Assembly (NCBI GenBank): GCA_005223125.1
Contig: NJBH01000010.1
Span: forward strand, 1 to 64,000
From: Promethearchaeota archaeon Loki_b32
GTDB lineage: Archaea > Asgardarchaeota > Lokiarchaeia > Sigyniarchaeales > SOKP01
Reading direction: 5' to 3'
Length of the DNA stretch: 64,000 bases
Both the position numbers and the translations under genes were made by a program. Under the pieces are notes generated by a model. It saw nothing but the letters and a program-made list of their open reading frames with translations, did not search any database and was not told the DNA's origin. Shown piece by piece: positions 21,601 through 31,233 of this stretch (the stretch's first letter is position 1; each line of letters opens with the position of its first letter).

Positions 21601-21955
21601 CCTCTTTTATAATAGAATTATCGGGTTCAGTAGATTCAATTCCTAATTCATGCATCAATGTTCGTTTTGCTTCATTATTTAAGTGTTGAGTTTTTTTTTC
21701 CTCCTTCGCAGCTTCAACTATAGAAAATTTCTCTAAGAATAATTCTTGATCTAACGAAAACATGAATTTTGAGTCTGGCTCCTTAAGTTCCTTCCATTGA
21801 AAACTTTCAATAGCGTCTAATGCATTATCGCTAAATTCAGCGCAATACTGAACATGTTTCCAATAGCCAAACTCAAATCCAACAAGTTGAGTTCTCTTTC
21901 GCATAAATTCTGCGATTGTACCTTGCTTTATCTTTCCTTCCTCTTTAGATGAAAT
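18602..21955 (-). CDS. top6B: DNA topoisomerase VI subunit B, greatly extended; probable ATT start at 21955
   Basis: GHKL motifs EFSDNALDA, DNGTG, TRGSQGFG; KPHP; RFVNRTP; FKSQSK. Frame extends 17 codons upstream of the track ATG (21904) and completes the conserved TIAEFMRKR..LVGF motif. Confidence 0.92.
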   Translation of the reverse strand: MSSKEEGKIKQGTIAEFMRKRTQLVGFEFGYWKHVQYCAEFSDNALDAIESFQWKELKEPDSKFMFSLDQELFLEKFSIVEAAKEEKKTQHLNNEAKRTLMHELGIESTEPDNSIIKEVEVKEEESGEITDKEELEVEEEVRRIIDDMNEIIKPVEFIIDVEPIVIVRIREFEAPSFLTSEISQKNIMSYTFEIFDNGTGMSKIDLRKFGKYLASSKSMELKQTRGSQGFGAPSAFSDAQNTTGKPIITVSKTIDNVYATCSEFFTTSKNEKKYLIHPTKIDSPFLHGTYIKLNYLNVRYIRGYTEKYIEETAFMNPHFTIIYIDPYGKEKIYRRLATSFPSEPKYAKPHPSSVNIGDLQDLITKSENKSISAFLQENFVRMSSKIAKEIVDIAERDLQDNYNFLILKDGFVNSIKKKEDQIYFIRHEKRIYGRSTKPRDKLIIYQVESEELKEKYGDLISDYSKFIKDIENSNKEIKKLNNQIEKTVTQKEIKALEREIRKYLKNIESIRKEKDKTKGNLNDLFRNAKDGLIELKKFKKRTDFEDLVTKVQISKVKPIDLTKEQFNSLFLAFKSMKYMAPPTDTAIPVGESILENTLIKEIGLRISDNNDDFDAPIDTIRKTTELLFDEKKNALLEEETENLKDAIANIKIDTGEIIDLNSEILGTIDIIDETLEFRQIKQTIDDVLTFSDIDSIDSYHDVFDYFLETYTKDDDFVAAETRTPTSGKGLAYVVEAVLAYSRNIEVPKRSRDVLSRFVNRTPKLRDNADCAITKAVQSVNWKNYNLETYDNGLPRGPIKLLVNVSGPFVHLMFKSQSKNALADDEELIKEIKVCLEAIGRRLRIYINRRASIYKSEKRASLIEKYIPLFAKSVYNIASRGESKYKARVDIKEIEDLMKGAIGKKPVPVIAMDLKPEIPEVKKPEIVKEDEKEVETLKETIPPEKVITMQKPKLKKAMISKKTLLNWTIKELKDYCKEQDIETLSKARKNEIIEKILDSFTTEKVIKKPEKPKPKVLETITETPKPLITSVKKAPILTAPQKAPSIRKSTQTKLPLITTDRIISVLSNEWQTIKHLIFKLRIKDMMDARYLQLKLKELERKGQVQVEVKMGRKHWKLN

Positions 21956-22227
21956 TTATGATACACCTTTTTGTTATTTTATTTTATTAAATTTTTTAAT
22001 TAAATTATAAACTTATACGTAAATATTCTTAAATCTTTTTATAGTGTAATAATATATAGGATCAATACTCTATTGTTTTAACCTTTCAATCTAATTAGCA
22101 AAACTTTTACTAATTCCTTCATTTTTTACAGTAATTAAATTACTATTTAAATATTTTGATTAGGTTCTTAATTTTATAAATTTTAGGAGAACAAAGAAAA
22201 GGAAATTTAGTATTCCATTTAATATAA

Positions 22228-23514
22228 TTAAGCTAAAGATTCCCTTTTTTTAAAAGTCTCTAAAGCGACGTCAAGTATTTTAGAAGCAATAAATCGTTTA
22301 GTATTTCTCTCAACGTGTTGTATATATTTTTTCTTATCTATAATATATACTTCATTGTATTTACTACTGAAACCAATATCATCCCTTCCTATATCATTGG
22401 CTACAATTAAATCTGCCTCAGATTTAACAAGTCGATTGTATGCACGGTCTATTAATTCACTTTTAGAAACATTTATTTCTGCTTTAAACGCAACAATAAA
22501 TAAATTATAATCTTTTTTTCTTGCGATATCTATTATTTTTGGTGTCAACTTCATATTAACTTGTAATTCTTCTACATTATCAGATGATATTTTTCCCTCA
22601 ATATATTCAGTGGGTTTATAATCACTTACCGCTGCTGCTGAAATGAAAAAATCATAATTGTTATATGAAACTTCCTCTTTAACAGTTTTTATAAAATCAG
22701 CAATAGAAACAACATGTTTTGTGGTTATGTAATCAGGAAGTTTTGTTGTGCATTCTCCGGCAATTAGTAATACATCAGCACCTCTAGCAGAAGCTTCTTT
22801 AGCTAATTCAATACCCATTTTTCCCGATGATTTATTTGAGACAAATCGAACAGAATCTATAGCTTCTCTTGTAGGACCCGCTGTAATGAGTATTTTTTTC
22901 CCCTCTAAATCTTTCTCAGAAATTAATAAATCAATAACTCTATCAATTATATCATCAATTCTAGCAATTTTAGCCTTTCCTTCAGAAATTCTTGGACCTA
23001 GGATTTCAACACCATACTCACGTAATTTTCGCTCATTCTGTTTTAAAATAGGATGTCTATACATACTTTCATGCATTGCTGGTACAATTACAATAGGTAT
23101 GGAAGATCCAAATGCTGTTGATGCTACTGTTGTAACGGGTGTATCATCAATTCCATATGCAATTTTTGAAATTGTGTTTGCAGTAGCAGGACATATTAGA
23201 ATTAAATCAGCTTTTCCAACACTTCTAGGTCTATCCCCTGCTAGATAAACATGTTCGACAGCACCAGTTAAATTAGTGATAACCTTATTTCCTGTTGCCC
23301 ATTCCATTAAAGCAGGGGTAATTAATTCTGTGGCTGCTTTAGACATAATACAGATTACTTCAGCACCTAATCTCATTAGTTCCCTAGCTACAATAGGAGA
23401 GGAAACTACAGCTACTGATCCCGTTAAACACATACATATTGTTTTCCCCCTAAGAATTGTTCCCTTACTTTCAACAATATCCTTTGAGGGGTGTTGAAAA
23501 TTATTTTTTTTCAT
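22228..23514 (-). CDS. coaBC: Bifunctional phosphopantothenoylcysteine decarboxylase / phosphopantothenate-cysteine ligase
   Basis: TGSVA, PATANTISK, PAMHESM, TAGPTREAIDSVRFVSNKSSGKMG, AAVSDY. Confidence 0.96.
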   Translation of the reverse strand: MKKNNFQHPSKDIVESKGTILRGKTICMCLTGSVAVVSSPIVARELMRLGAEVICIMSKAATELITPALMEWATGNKVITNLTGAVEHVYLAGDRPRSVGKADLILICPATANTISKIAYGIDDTPVTTVASTAFGSSIPIVIVPAMHESMYRHPILKQNERKLREYGVEILGPRISEGKAKIARIDDIIDRVIDLLISEKDLEGKKILITAGPTREAIDSVRFVSNKSSGKMGIELAKEASARGADVLLIAGECTTKLPDYITTKHVVSIADFIKTVKEEVSYNNYDFFISAAAVSDYKPTEYIEGKISSDNVEELQVNMKLTPKIIDIARKKDYNLFIVAFKAEINVSKSELIDRAYNRLVKSEADLIVANDIGRDDIGFSSKYNEVYIIDKKKYIQHVERNTKRFIASKILDVALETFKKRESLA

Positions 23515-23648
23515 AATCTACAATTTTCGTTTACTAATTATCAATTAAACTTATAGCATTATTATTTTTTTATTTATGCAAAAATTTTATAAAATAAGTA
23601 TTTTTTCTCTCTGCATAAATTTTAATTGTATAAACTTTCAGATTCTAT

Positions 23649-24920
23649 TTGAACCACTAATGTCTAAAGACAAGTAGCTTCTTTTTTCCTCAAGAATTGC
23701 TGAGTAATCAGTCTTAAATTCTCTCTAAAAGCGACCCCCGTAGGCCCTACGGTTGTATCATTATTCTTAATGATCTTGATCTGATTTTCTTTTAAAATTT
23801 CTAGACCTTTATTTCTAATATTAATGGAAGCATTAATATCTCGATCAAGCTCAGTGCTACAATCTGGGCAAACCCACTTCCGCTCATTTAACAATAATTG
23901 ACTATTTATATGCCCACAATTTGAACATGTTTTGCTTGATGGGAAAAATCTATCTATAAAGATTAAATGCTTACCTTTTTGCTCCAATTTATATCTTAGA
24001 ATGGCAGTAAATTGATGCCATGAAAAATCTAAAGTGACTGATTTAGATATCCCTGAATTAAATTGTTGCATTCCTTTAATGTTTAAATCTTCTAAAATTA
24101 TACAATCAAAATGTTCGGATAATAAATGGGTTATCTTATGTATCCAATCTTTTTTTCTATTATTAATTTTACTATAGAATCTGGCTAATTTATATTGACC
24201 CTTAAGTTTATTATTAGATCCTTTTTGCTTTCTACTTAACTTTCTATGCTTTCTTTTCAATCTCTCTTCTTCCATCCTATAAAATCTAGGATTCATAAAC
24301 TCAATTTCTTTGGTTATCAGAAATTTAGAAGCGCTCATATCAAATCCAATTATTTTATTATCTTCTATCTCTTGTCTAGGTCTAATATTATTTTTTCTCT
24401 CGATCAAAATGGAGACATAATACTTTTCAGATCTATCTTTAGAAACAGTTAGATGTTTTATTTCTTCTGTAAATCTTCTATTATCTCTGTATTTTATCCA
24501 AGATTTAATATTTGGTAGTTTGATTTTTCTATTTTCAAAATCTACTTTACAATTATTATTTATGTTAAAAGTAGTATAAGATTGTCTCGCTCTCTTTGAT
24601 TTAAATTTAGGAAATCCAATCTATCTCTTTTTTTTTAAACCTTTAAAAAAATTTTGATATGCTGATTGTAAATTCCTCCATTCCGATTGTATAGCTTTAG
24701 AATCCACTTCTTTTAGAAAATCAAATTCTTCTTTATAATCCTTTTCTGTTTTATATTTATAATTATAGAGAGCTTTTTTATCATGTTTAAGTAATTTATA
24801 AACAATTTTTCGCTCTTCCAACATTTTATTATAAATAAATCTGTAACACCCAAATGACTTATCTAACAGTTCTTTTTGCCTTTGATTAGGATAAATCCGG
24901 AATTTATATGCTCTATTCAT
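23649..24920 (-). mobile_element. IS200/IS605-family element, tnpB-only (IS1341-like); left end not defined
   Basis: tnpB frame plus right-end hairpin AGCTACTTGTC-TTTA-GACATTAGTGGT-TCAA on minus strand at about 23649-23679; no tnpA nearby. Confidence 0.8.
23664..24920 (-). pseudogene. tnpB: TnpB RNA-guided endonuclease with a single in-frame TAG (24621-24623)
   Basis: The two track ORFs share one frame: ...GLKKKR*IGFPKFKSKR...YYVSILIERK...; HTH RAYKFRIYPN, RuvC GFD / EDL / DRDINA, Zn finger CSNC..CPDC. Confidence 0.9.
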
Positions 24921-25039
24921 CTAACACTCTTAAGAATATGTATAGATTTAAATTCAGAGATACTCAATAATTAATAATTTATTTTCATGTTTAAAAACAC
25001 AGATATTTTTAAAAAAGCCCTTAAATGTAATATGAGAGG

Positions 25040-25273
25040 ATCCATAGTAAATTTTCAGGAGGCGCAAGCAAAAACATAGACATTTTTAAAATAGCTTATA
25101 ATTGCAATATAAAAGGTGTTAATACAGTAGGAACAGGTGATTGTCTTCATCCAATGTGGTTAAGCGAATTATTTGATAATTTAATTGAAGCAATTCAAAA
25201 AGTAAGGAAAGGTAAATTCTGGTTTATTCCGGGTCATGACACGGTTTATGGGAAATTACAATTTGAAAATTAG
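25040..25273 (+). pseudogene. Internally deleted endonuclease Q (PHP-family) relic
   Basis: Translates IHSKFSGGASKNIDIFKIAYNCNIKGVNTVGTGDCLHPMWLSEL-FDNLIE-AIQKVRKGKFWFIPGHDTVYGKLQFEN*; matches EndoQ N-terminal HS...KG...GTGD..HP.W and C-terminal PG.D..YG motifs; no in-frame start. Confidence 0.75.
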
Positions 25274-25282
25274 ATTAAACCA

Positions 25283-27637
25283 TTAATTATTGCTATTTAC
25301 AATTTTAATTTTTAAATTTAATTTTGAACTATAGGTTTGAAATTTCTTAAAATCTTTTGATTTTATTGTTAAATTCCCCTCTAATTTGAGAATCTCTAAG
25401 AATTTTTTTCCATAATATGTCTTATTAATTCTAGGCATATCATATAAGACTTCATCTTTATCATAAACTTTATAGATTTCGGATGATTCAAATTCTTCTT
25501 TTCTAATCTCGAGGATTTCATTAGAATATTTAAAAAATGGAGTATGCTGTAATTTTTTCAAATCAAACATAATTGTACTTCCGAAATCACGTTGATTTAG
25601 TATATTTCTTACAATAGAATGAACTTCATTTAAAAAACTGGATTTAAATTCTTTTAAATCTATATTTGGATATAAAATTCTCTTTAATATCTCAGAATAG
25701 GGTAGATCTAATCCAGCTAATTCGTTATTTAAATTTAATAAAGTTAAAATTTGATTTGTATTAGGAGTTATATCATTCTTTAACTCTTCAAATATATAAT
25801 TTCTTTCTTTAAAAATATAATTCAACAGAAATTCATTAAATGCTTTGATAAGGGAATTATATTTTGGAACAAACAAACTATTTGGGTTATTTACTATTAT
25901 TTCATTTGCGTGAAAGGGATTAATTTCTCTATTTAATACTGCTTTTACAAGAGATAATGGATAATAACCTTCTATAAATTCCATACCTTTAGAAATACTT
26001 TTTATAGCATCTTTAAATGAACATTTCTTAGTTACATTAATTGTTTTAATAATATTACTCTCAATTTTTACAGGAGTTTTTTTACAATAACACAGATCAA
26101 ATGGTTTTAAATCATGAAATAATGGGTTATTGTAATCCGGAATTAAAATTTGAGAGCCGTAGGCATTAACTAGACTTCCTTGAAATGGATTATGAGCTAA
26201 ATCCCACTCAATAACCATTAAATCTTCTGTATTTTTGTGATCAATATCATAATTATATTCAATATTCTCACTAATTAAAGACAATCCATCAATTGATTTT
26301 ATTTCATAATGTTCCATTTCTCCCCAGAACTGTTGTCTATAGTAAAATACATCTTGAAAACTACTTATATCGTCCAAAAATAACTCTCTCATTATGAAAT
26401 AATTAATCCCAATTTCAGAGGATTTAATTGTTTGTTCATTTACTCCAAAAAATCCAATACGAGATATAATATAATTATAAACTGGATTTTCTAAATTATC
26501 TTCATCATGTTTTACAATATATGTATTTCTTTTTTTTCTGAATTCACCTTTAGTTCTTTTTATATTGTATTTCTCCATCAATAATTTTAGAAATGCAAAT
26601 TTCTTGAGATGTACTTTTTTCTCTAATTCTTGTATTTCTCTTTTATATCTCTTATATTCATCATGAAAGGCTTCATTAGGAATATTAATAACTTGAAATT
26701 GTTTTTTCAACAATTTTAATTTCTCTATCACACAGAAATTATCAATTTCAGAGTAGAAGTAATCTATAAGTTTACTTTTTAAAGATTCTAGTTGAAATTG
26801 AGAAAATATTTCTTTAAAACCTGAATGTAAATTGACAAACTCATCGAAATTACGTTTTACTATATAAATAGAAAAGTAATTTTCATTAAAGTTTGAGGAA
26901 TTTACCAATTCCTTTAATTTATCAAACTGTGACACTAGAAATGAATTATCTTTAAATTCAAATATTTTATCTATAGATTCAATGATTTTAAGAAGATCAA
27001 AAAAAGGATATTCAGATATAATATTTAAAAATTTTATAAAACCATTTTCGATATAACTATTAAATTTTGAGAAATAAATCTCTAATTCATTCTCATACCC
27101 AATTTTTAAAAATTCAAAAAATTCAATAAATAAATTATTGGCAATCGCAGTGTCCAAATAGGTCTTAATTATTTCTTCACTCTCGAACTGATTGATAATT
27201 GCCTTATTTAAGTAACTTAAAGCCTCAACACAATTATTATTATCAAAACAACTATTAGCTAATATTAGAAAATTTTCACTTTTCTTATGTGAACCAATAT
27301 CTTCAGATGTCAAGCTATAAGAGTTTAAATTTTCTAAAATATTCTGAGCAATATTATTTTTAACAATTAATAATAATTTAATTAAATGAACACAAACTTT
27401 TTTTTCTCTTTCAGAATGAATCAGAAATGATGGACAATCATGAAAGATTTCATTATTCTTTTCATCTATAATAAGATGAAATTCACGCTCATTATCTAGA
27501 ATAATACTTCTTATTTTTATTGGATCTTCTCCAATATCAATGATATTAATTTTATTTGTTAGAAATTTAAGTGATTTTTGATATAAATTTAAACCAAATT
27601 TATCAATTATAAGACTTGATATCGATTTTTTTACCAT
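25283..27637 (-). CDS. Large hypothetical protein with N-terminal SWIM-like zinc finger
   Basis: HDCPSF...VCVHL resembles SWIM CxC..CxH with first Cys as His; operonic with vWA and AAA genes. Confidence 0.65.
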   Translation of the reverse strand: MVKKSISSLIIDKFGLNLYQKSLKFLTNKINIIDIGEDPIKIRSIILDNEREFHLIIDEKNNEIFHDCPSFLIHSEREKKVCVHLIKLLLIVKNNIAQNILENLNSYSLTSEDIGSHKKSENFLILANSCFDNNNCVEALSYLNKAIINQFESEEIIKTYLDTAIANNLFIEFFEFLKIGYENELEIYFSKFNSYIENGFIKFLNIISEYPFFDLLKIIESIDKIFEFKDNSFLVSQFDKLKELVNSSNFNENYFSIYIVKRNFDEFVNLHSGFKEIFSQFQLESLKSKLIDYFYSEIDNFCVIEKLKLLKKQFQVINIPNEAFHDEYKRYKREIQELEKKVHLKKFAFLKLLMEKYNIKRTKGEFRKKRNTYIVKHDEDNLENPVYNYIISRIGFFGVNEQTIKSSEIGINYFIMRELFLDDISSFQDVFYYRQQFWGEMEHYEIKSIDGLSLISENIEYNYDIDHKNTEDLMVIEWDLAHNPFQGSLVNAYGSQILIPDYNNPLFHDLKPFDLCYCKKTPVKIESNIIKTINVTKKCSFKDAIKSISKGMEFIEGYYPLSLVKAVLNREINPFHANEIIVNNPNSLFVPKYNSLIKAFNEFLLNYIFKERNYIFEELKNDITPNTNQILTLLNLNNELAGLDLPYSEILKRILYPNIDLKEFKSSFLNEVHSIVRNILNQRDFGSTIMFDLKKLQHTPFFKYSNEILEIRKEEFESSEIYKVYDKDEVLYDMPRINKTYYGKKFLEILKLEGNLTIKSKDFKKFQTYSSKLNLKIKIVNSNN

Positions 27638-27640
27638 TTT

Positions 27641-30127
27641 TTAAAATCTTGATTTAATTATTTCAGAAATTAATTTGGGAAATTCATTCCAATCCTTTAT
27701 TGTAAGCAATTGTCCTCCTGCTACTTTTACCATTTTTTTTGCCTCATTTAAATTGTAGGAAGCTTCAGGACAAATTAAAATAAAATCAACCCCGAGAGAT
27801 CGCATTTTTCTAAATTCTTGCAGTACTTCCTTGAGATCAAAAATTTCTGCATCAGTAAACAACACATTTAATTTTTCACGTGAATTTGAGTGTTCTTTAA
27901 ATTGTTTATTTGCCCATTCAATAGCACTTTGAAGTCGTGTCCCTCCTCGAGCAGTAACTGAAAGTAAATCATCAGCCAGCTTTTCTAAATCGATTTTTTG
28001 ATTAAGTTCTTTTAAAACATGTGTATTAGACTCAAAAAAGGTAATGCCAATTTCGTCCTTACGCATTCCATAACACAACATGGTTACACAAATGCTCATA
28101 TAAGCAAGTTTATCGCCAGTCATACTACCTGAAATATCTAATTCGAAGCAAGCAGTTCTAAGACCTTTGGCAGTTTCAAAGACAAAGAAATCATCATATT
28201 TTATGTGATCTAATTTTTTACCTTTTTCTAATATATTATTAATAGTTTCCTCAAGATCTATATTTTCAAAATCATCACCGATTGAATATGGTCTTACTAT
28301 ATTAATTGGAATTGGCCCTGTTGTAGAGCTGCCTAAACGTGCTCGTGAATAATAAATACCTAGTTCAATTAACATCTTTTTTGCTAATTCTTTTACTTTT
28401 TGTTTAGTTGTTTCTGTTAAATTTTTACGATGAATAAACCACTGTTTTAATAGATTTTCTCCACTACCCGCAGATAAACAAGAAATCATCTTATTTTCAC
28501 CTTCTTGACCTCCTATTTGTTGAGCACTTTTTACGGCATCACTTAAATTAAAATTTCCAAGAGCACCTAATGCATCTCTATTATCAGAAGCTAAAGCACT
28601 AGCAGTTAATTCTTTTATTCTCTCATAATTTAATTGATCTTGAATTTGGTTCATTAAATTACTCAATCTTTGAAAATCTGCGTTTTTATTCTCAACTAAC
28701 TTTTTTAACAACTGATAAGTTGGTTCAATTAATTCAAAAATTTGATCTTCAGGCATATCAAGCTTCTTTCCAAATTTTTTTATATCATCCGACTCGGGGT
28801 TTAATCCTATCTTTCTTAAAAATTCAGTAGCATTTCTAAGTTGGTAAGGGGTTTCACACGATTCTAAAGTTAAGGATGTAAGATTTGGAATGTTTTGAGC
28901 CATTTTTTGGCTACAATGTATATTTTGACAACTATTCATAAGTTGCTGCAAATTATGAGTTAGTGATTTGAAAGCCTCAAATTTCTTGTTCTGAGACATT
29001 GCATCATCTATAGCATTTTTCAGTACCTGTTTAAATAAGGAATTCCAAGATTTGTTTGCAAATGCTGTTTTAGTTAGATTCTCTAGTGAAAGAAACATTT
29101 GGGAGTTTTCACTCTGTTGATCAAATTTATCTAATAACGATGATCTAAGATTAGTACCATAAAATTGGTCAAGCGAATTTGCTAAATTAAAGTTATGTTC
29201 AAATGAAGCCCTTTTTATACTATTATTTAAAATTTCATCTTGATTAAATTTAGGAGTTTCACCTAATTGTTTTGATGCTTGAAATAATTGATCTAGATTA
29301 TTAATCTTATTATAAAGTTCATTTTTTAGATTCTCGAATTTTTCTTTAGAAATGGCATTAGTATCTTTTAAAAATTTCATAGATTGAAGCAAATCTTCTA
29401 AACTCCCTGAGCTTAATAATTTATTTAAATCTTCCTCAATATTTTGATTATTTAGAGCTTTACTTGTGATTCTTTCCCATTCTCTCAAAGTTCGTTCTTG
29501 TATTAAATCATTTAATCCTAAGTTAGTTCCATCTTTGAGATCTTTTGGATCTAAAGAATTAATCTTTTGAAGCATTCTGTTTTTAGCTTCTTCAAGTAAT
29601 TTCTCAAATGAAGTTATTTCCTCTTTATATAACTCAGAATTATCATTAAATAAATTAAGTGCTGATTTATAGGGTTCCTTATTTCTCTTTTGATTCAATT
29701 CTTCCATGAATTCTTCCAATTGTTGAATCATGTCTGTATCAAATGATTTTGAAAGTTCAATCTCATCTATTAGATCTTGTAATTGGTCGAATTCTGATTT
29801 AATTCCCGAATTTGCTAATTCATCTTCAAATCCATCATCTTTCTCAATAAAAAATGATTTTATTAGATCTTTTTTATAATTCGGAAAGAGTATCTCAAAT
29901 GCCATATCTTTAGCTAATGTTTGGTTATCTGGAAAGGACGTAACAGTACTAATTTCTATAAAATCATTCGGAGTAATTGATCCTTTACGGTAATATCTAG
30001 ATAAGATTAATTTTGGTATTGACAACACTTGCCGTGGGGAGGGTATTTGAATTATATCTGGATGATTCCTCATCCGTCTTATAAACTCTACAGCAAATTC
30101 GCATGGGTTTTCTGGAAAAACACCCAA
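27641..30127 (-). CDS. von Willebrand factor A domain protein (CoxE-like)
   Basis: MIDAS DISGSM, GGT, FTD; preceded by IDLEETI motif. Confidence 0.9.
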   Translation of the reverse strand: MGVFPENPCEFAVEFIRRMRNHPDIIQIPSPRQVLSIPKLILSRYYRKGSITPNDFIEISTVTSFPDNQTLAKDMAFEILFPNYKKDLIKSFFIEKDDGFEDELANSGIKSEFDQLQDLIDEIELSKSFDTDMIQQLEEFMEELNQKRNKEPYKSALNLFNDNSELYKEEITSFEKLLEEAKNRMLQKINSLDPKDLKDGTNLGLNDLIQERTLREWERITSKALNNQNIEEDLNKLLSSGSLEDLLQSMKFLKDTNAISKEKFENLKNELYNKINNLDQLFQASKQLGETPKFNQDEILNNSIKRASFEHNFNLANSLDQFYGTNLRSSLLDKFDQQSENSQMFLSLENLTKTAFANKSWNSLFKQVLKNAIDDAMSQNKKFEAFKSLTHNLQQLMNSCQNIHCSQKMAQNIPNLTSLTLESCETPYQLRNATEFLRKIGLNPESDDIKKFGKKLDMPEDQIFELIEPTYQLLKKLVENKNADFQRLSNLMNQIQDQLNYERIKELTASALASDNRDALGALGNFNLSDAVKSAQQIGGQEGENKMISCLSAGSGENLLKQWFIHRKNLTETTKQKVKELAKKMLIELGIYYSRARLGSSTTGPIPINIVRPYSIGDDFENIDLEETINNILEKGKKLDHIKYDDFFVFETAKGLRTACFELDISGSMTGDKLAYMSICVTMLCYGMRKDEIGITFFESNTHVLKELNQKIDLEKLADDLLSVTARGGTRLQSAIEWANKQFKEHSNSREKLNVLFTDAEIFDLKEVLQEFRKMRSLGVDFILICPEASYNLNEAKKMVKVAGGQLLTIKDWNEFPKLISEIIKSRF

Positions 30128-30131
30128 AAAA

Positions 30132-31073
30132 TTAACCTCCTAAAGTTTTATGAATAATATTTTCAATAATATTTTCAACTTTTATTCCAGGCTTAGGTTT
30201 TAAACTTCCTAAGAGAACATGACGGGCGATGTCAGAGAGATAAACATATACAGATTCTTTTTCTTTCAGTTTTTTTTCTTTTTCTTGGATTCTTTTTCTT
30301 GCTAATAATTTAGCAATAGCAATTCCTGCTCTTATAGATGCGGGAATTTCGATATCAATTTTATTTTGTCTTGTCTCTTTAATAATTGAATATATTAATT
30401 CTAATTCAGATTCCTCTATAATAAAATGTTCAGGTAAATTAATTCTTATAATATCTAGTTCGGTAGATTTATCTGGGTAAGTTAATTTGATCCAAACTTT
30501 TATTCTATCCTTTAAAGCTTCAGATAAACGATGGGTTCCTGATAATTCTTCAGGATTCATTGCACATATAAAGAAAAAATCTTTGTTAGCTTTAATTCGC
30601 CCTAGATGAGGAATCCCGATAGAAGTTTCTTCTAATGGCTCTAATAAAGTATTTTGAGAGTATTCTGTAGCTCGATTAATTTCATTAGCTAGAAATGTAC
30701 CTCCCTCTAGCATTGCGTTTAATAAAGGTCCTGGATTAAAGGCTTCCAATACAAAACCTTTTTTTAAAGTAATTGCTGGATCAAAAGAACCAACAAAATG
30801 AGACGGTTTGATACTTTCATCCATAGTAAGCCATTGAAAACTCTTATTTTTCTTTTCTTTTGCTCTTAAACTGGCAAAATATCGACATAAAATTGTTTTT
30901 CCAACACCGGGTGGACCCACAAGAGCCGGAAACAACCCAGTCGATTCTGCATCTCTTAATAATTCTAATGCTTTACCATATTGACCTGAAAGAACTATAT
31001 CAATTTGTTCTTCAGTAATATCTTTAATAACATGTTGGTTAAATAGCTCTTCAAACCTTTGTTTATTTATCAT
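30132..31073 (-). CDS. MoxR-family AAA+ ATPase
   Basis: GPPGVGKT, LANEINRA (Walker B Asp as Asn), AMNP, LSEALKDR, ASIRA lid. Confidence 0.92.
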   Translation of the reverse strand: MINKQRFEELFNQHVIKDITEEQIDIVLSGQYGKALELLRDAESTGLFPALVGPPGVGKTILCRYFASLRAKEKKNKSFQWLTMDESIKPSHFVGSFDPAITLKKGFVLEAFNPGPLLNAMLEGGTFLANEINRATEYSQNTLLEPLEETSIGIPHLGRIKANKDFFFICAMNPEELSGTHRLSEALKDRIKVWIKLTYPDKSTELDIIRINLPEHFIIEESELELIYSIIKETRQNKIDIEIPASIRAGIAIAKLLARKRIQEKEKKLKEKESVYVYLSDIARHVLLGSLKPKPGIKVENIIENIIHKTLGG

Positions 31074-31233
31074 GTTTATATCTCTAAAGCATTTTTAATA
31101 AGGTTACGATTTTCTTACATGAATATTAAGTGTTTGTTAATATTAAACTTTAAAGTTAATAATTAAAAGATATTATATTTTCTTAACCAGTTTGATTGAA
31201 TTTTTATAGTTCCTAAGAGATATTTATCTAGAT

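Noticed and set aside
24621-24623. Genome-wide TAG recoding
   Set aside because: TAG terminates several ordinary genes at expected C-termini; only one interrupted gene is seen.
24930-24965. Similarity between predicted TnpB guide and tnpB upstream region (TCTGAA...TATACA)
   Set aside because: Short gapped match in AT-rich DNA, not distinguishable from chance.
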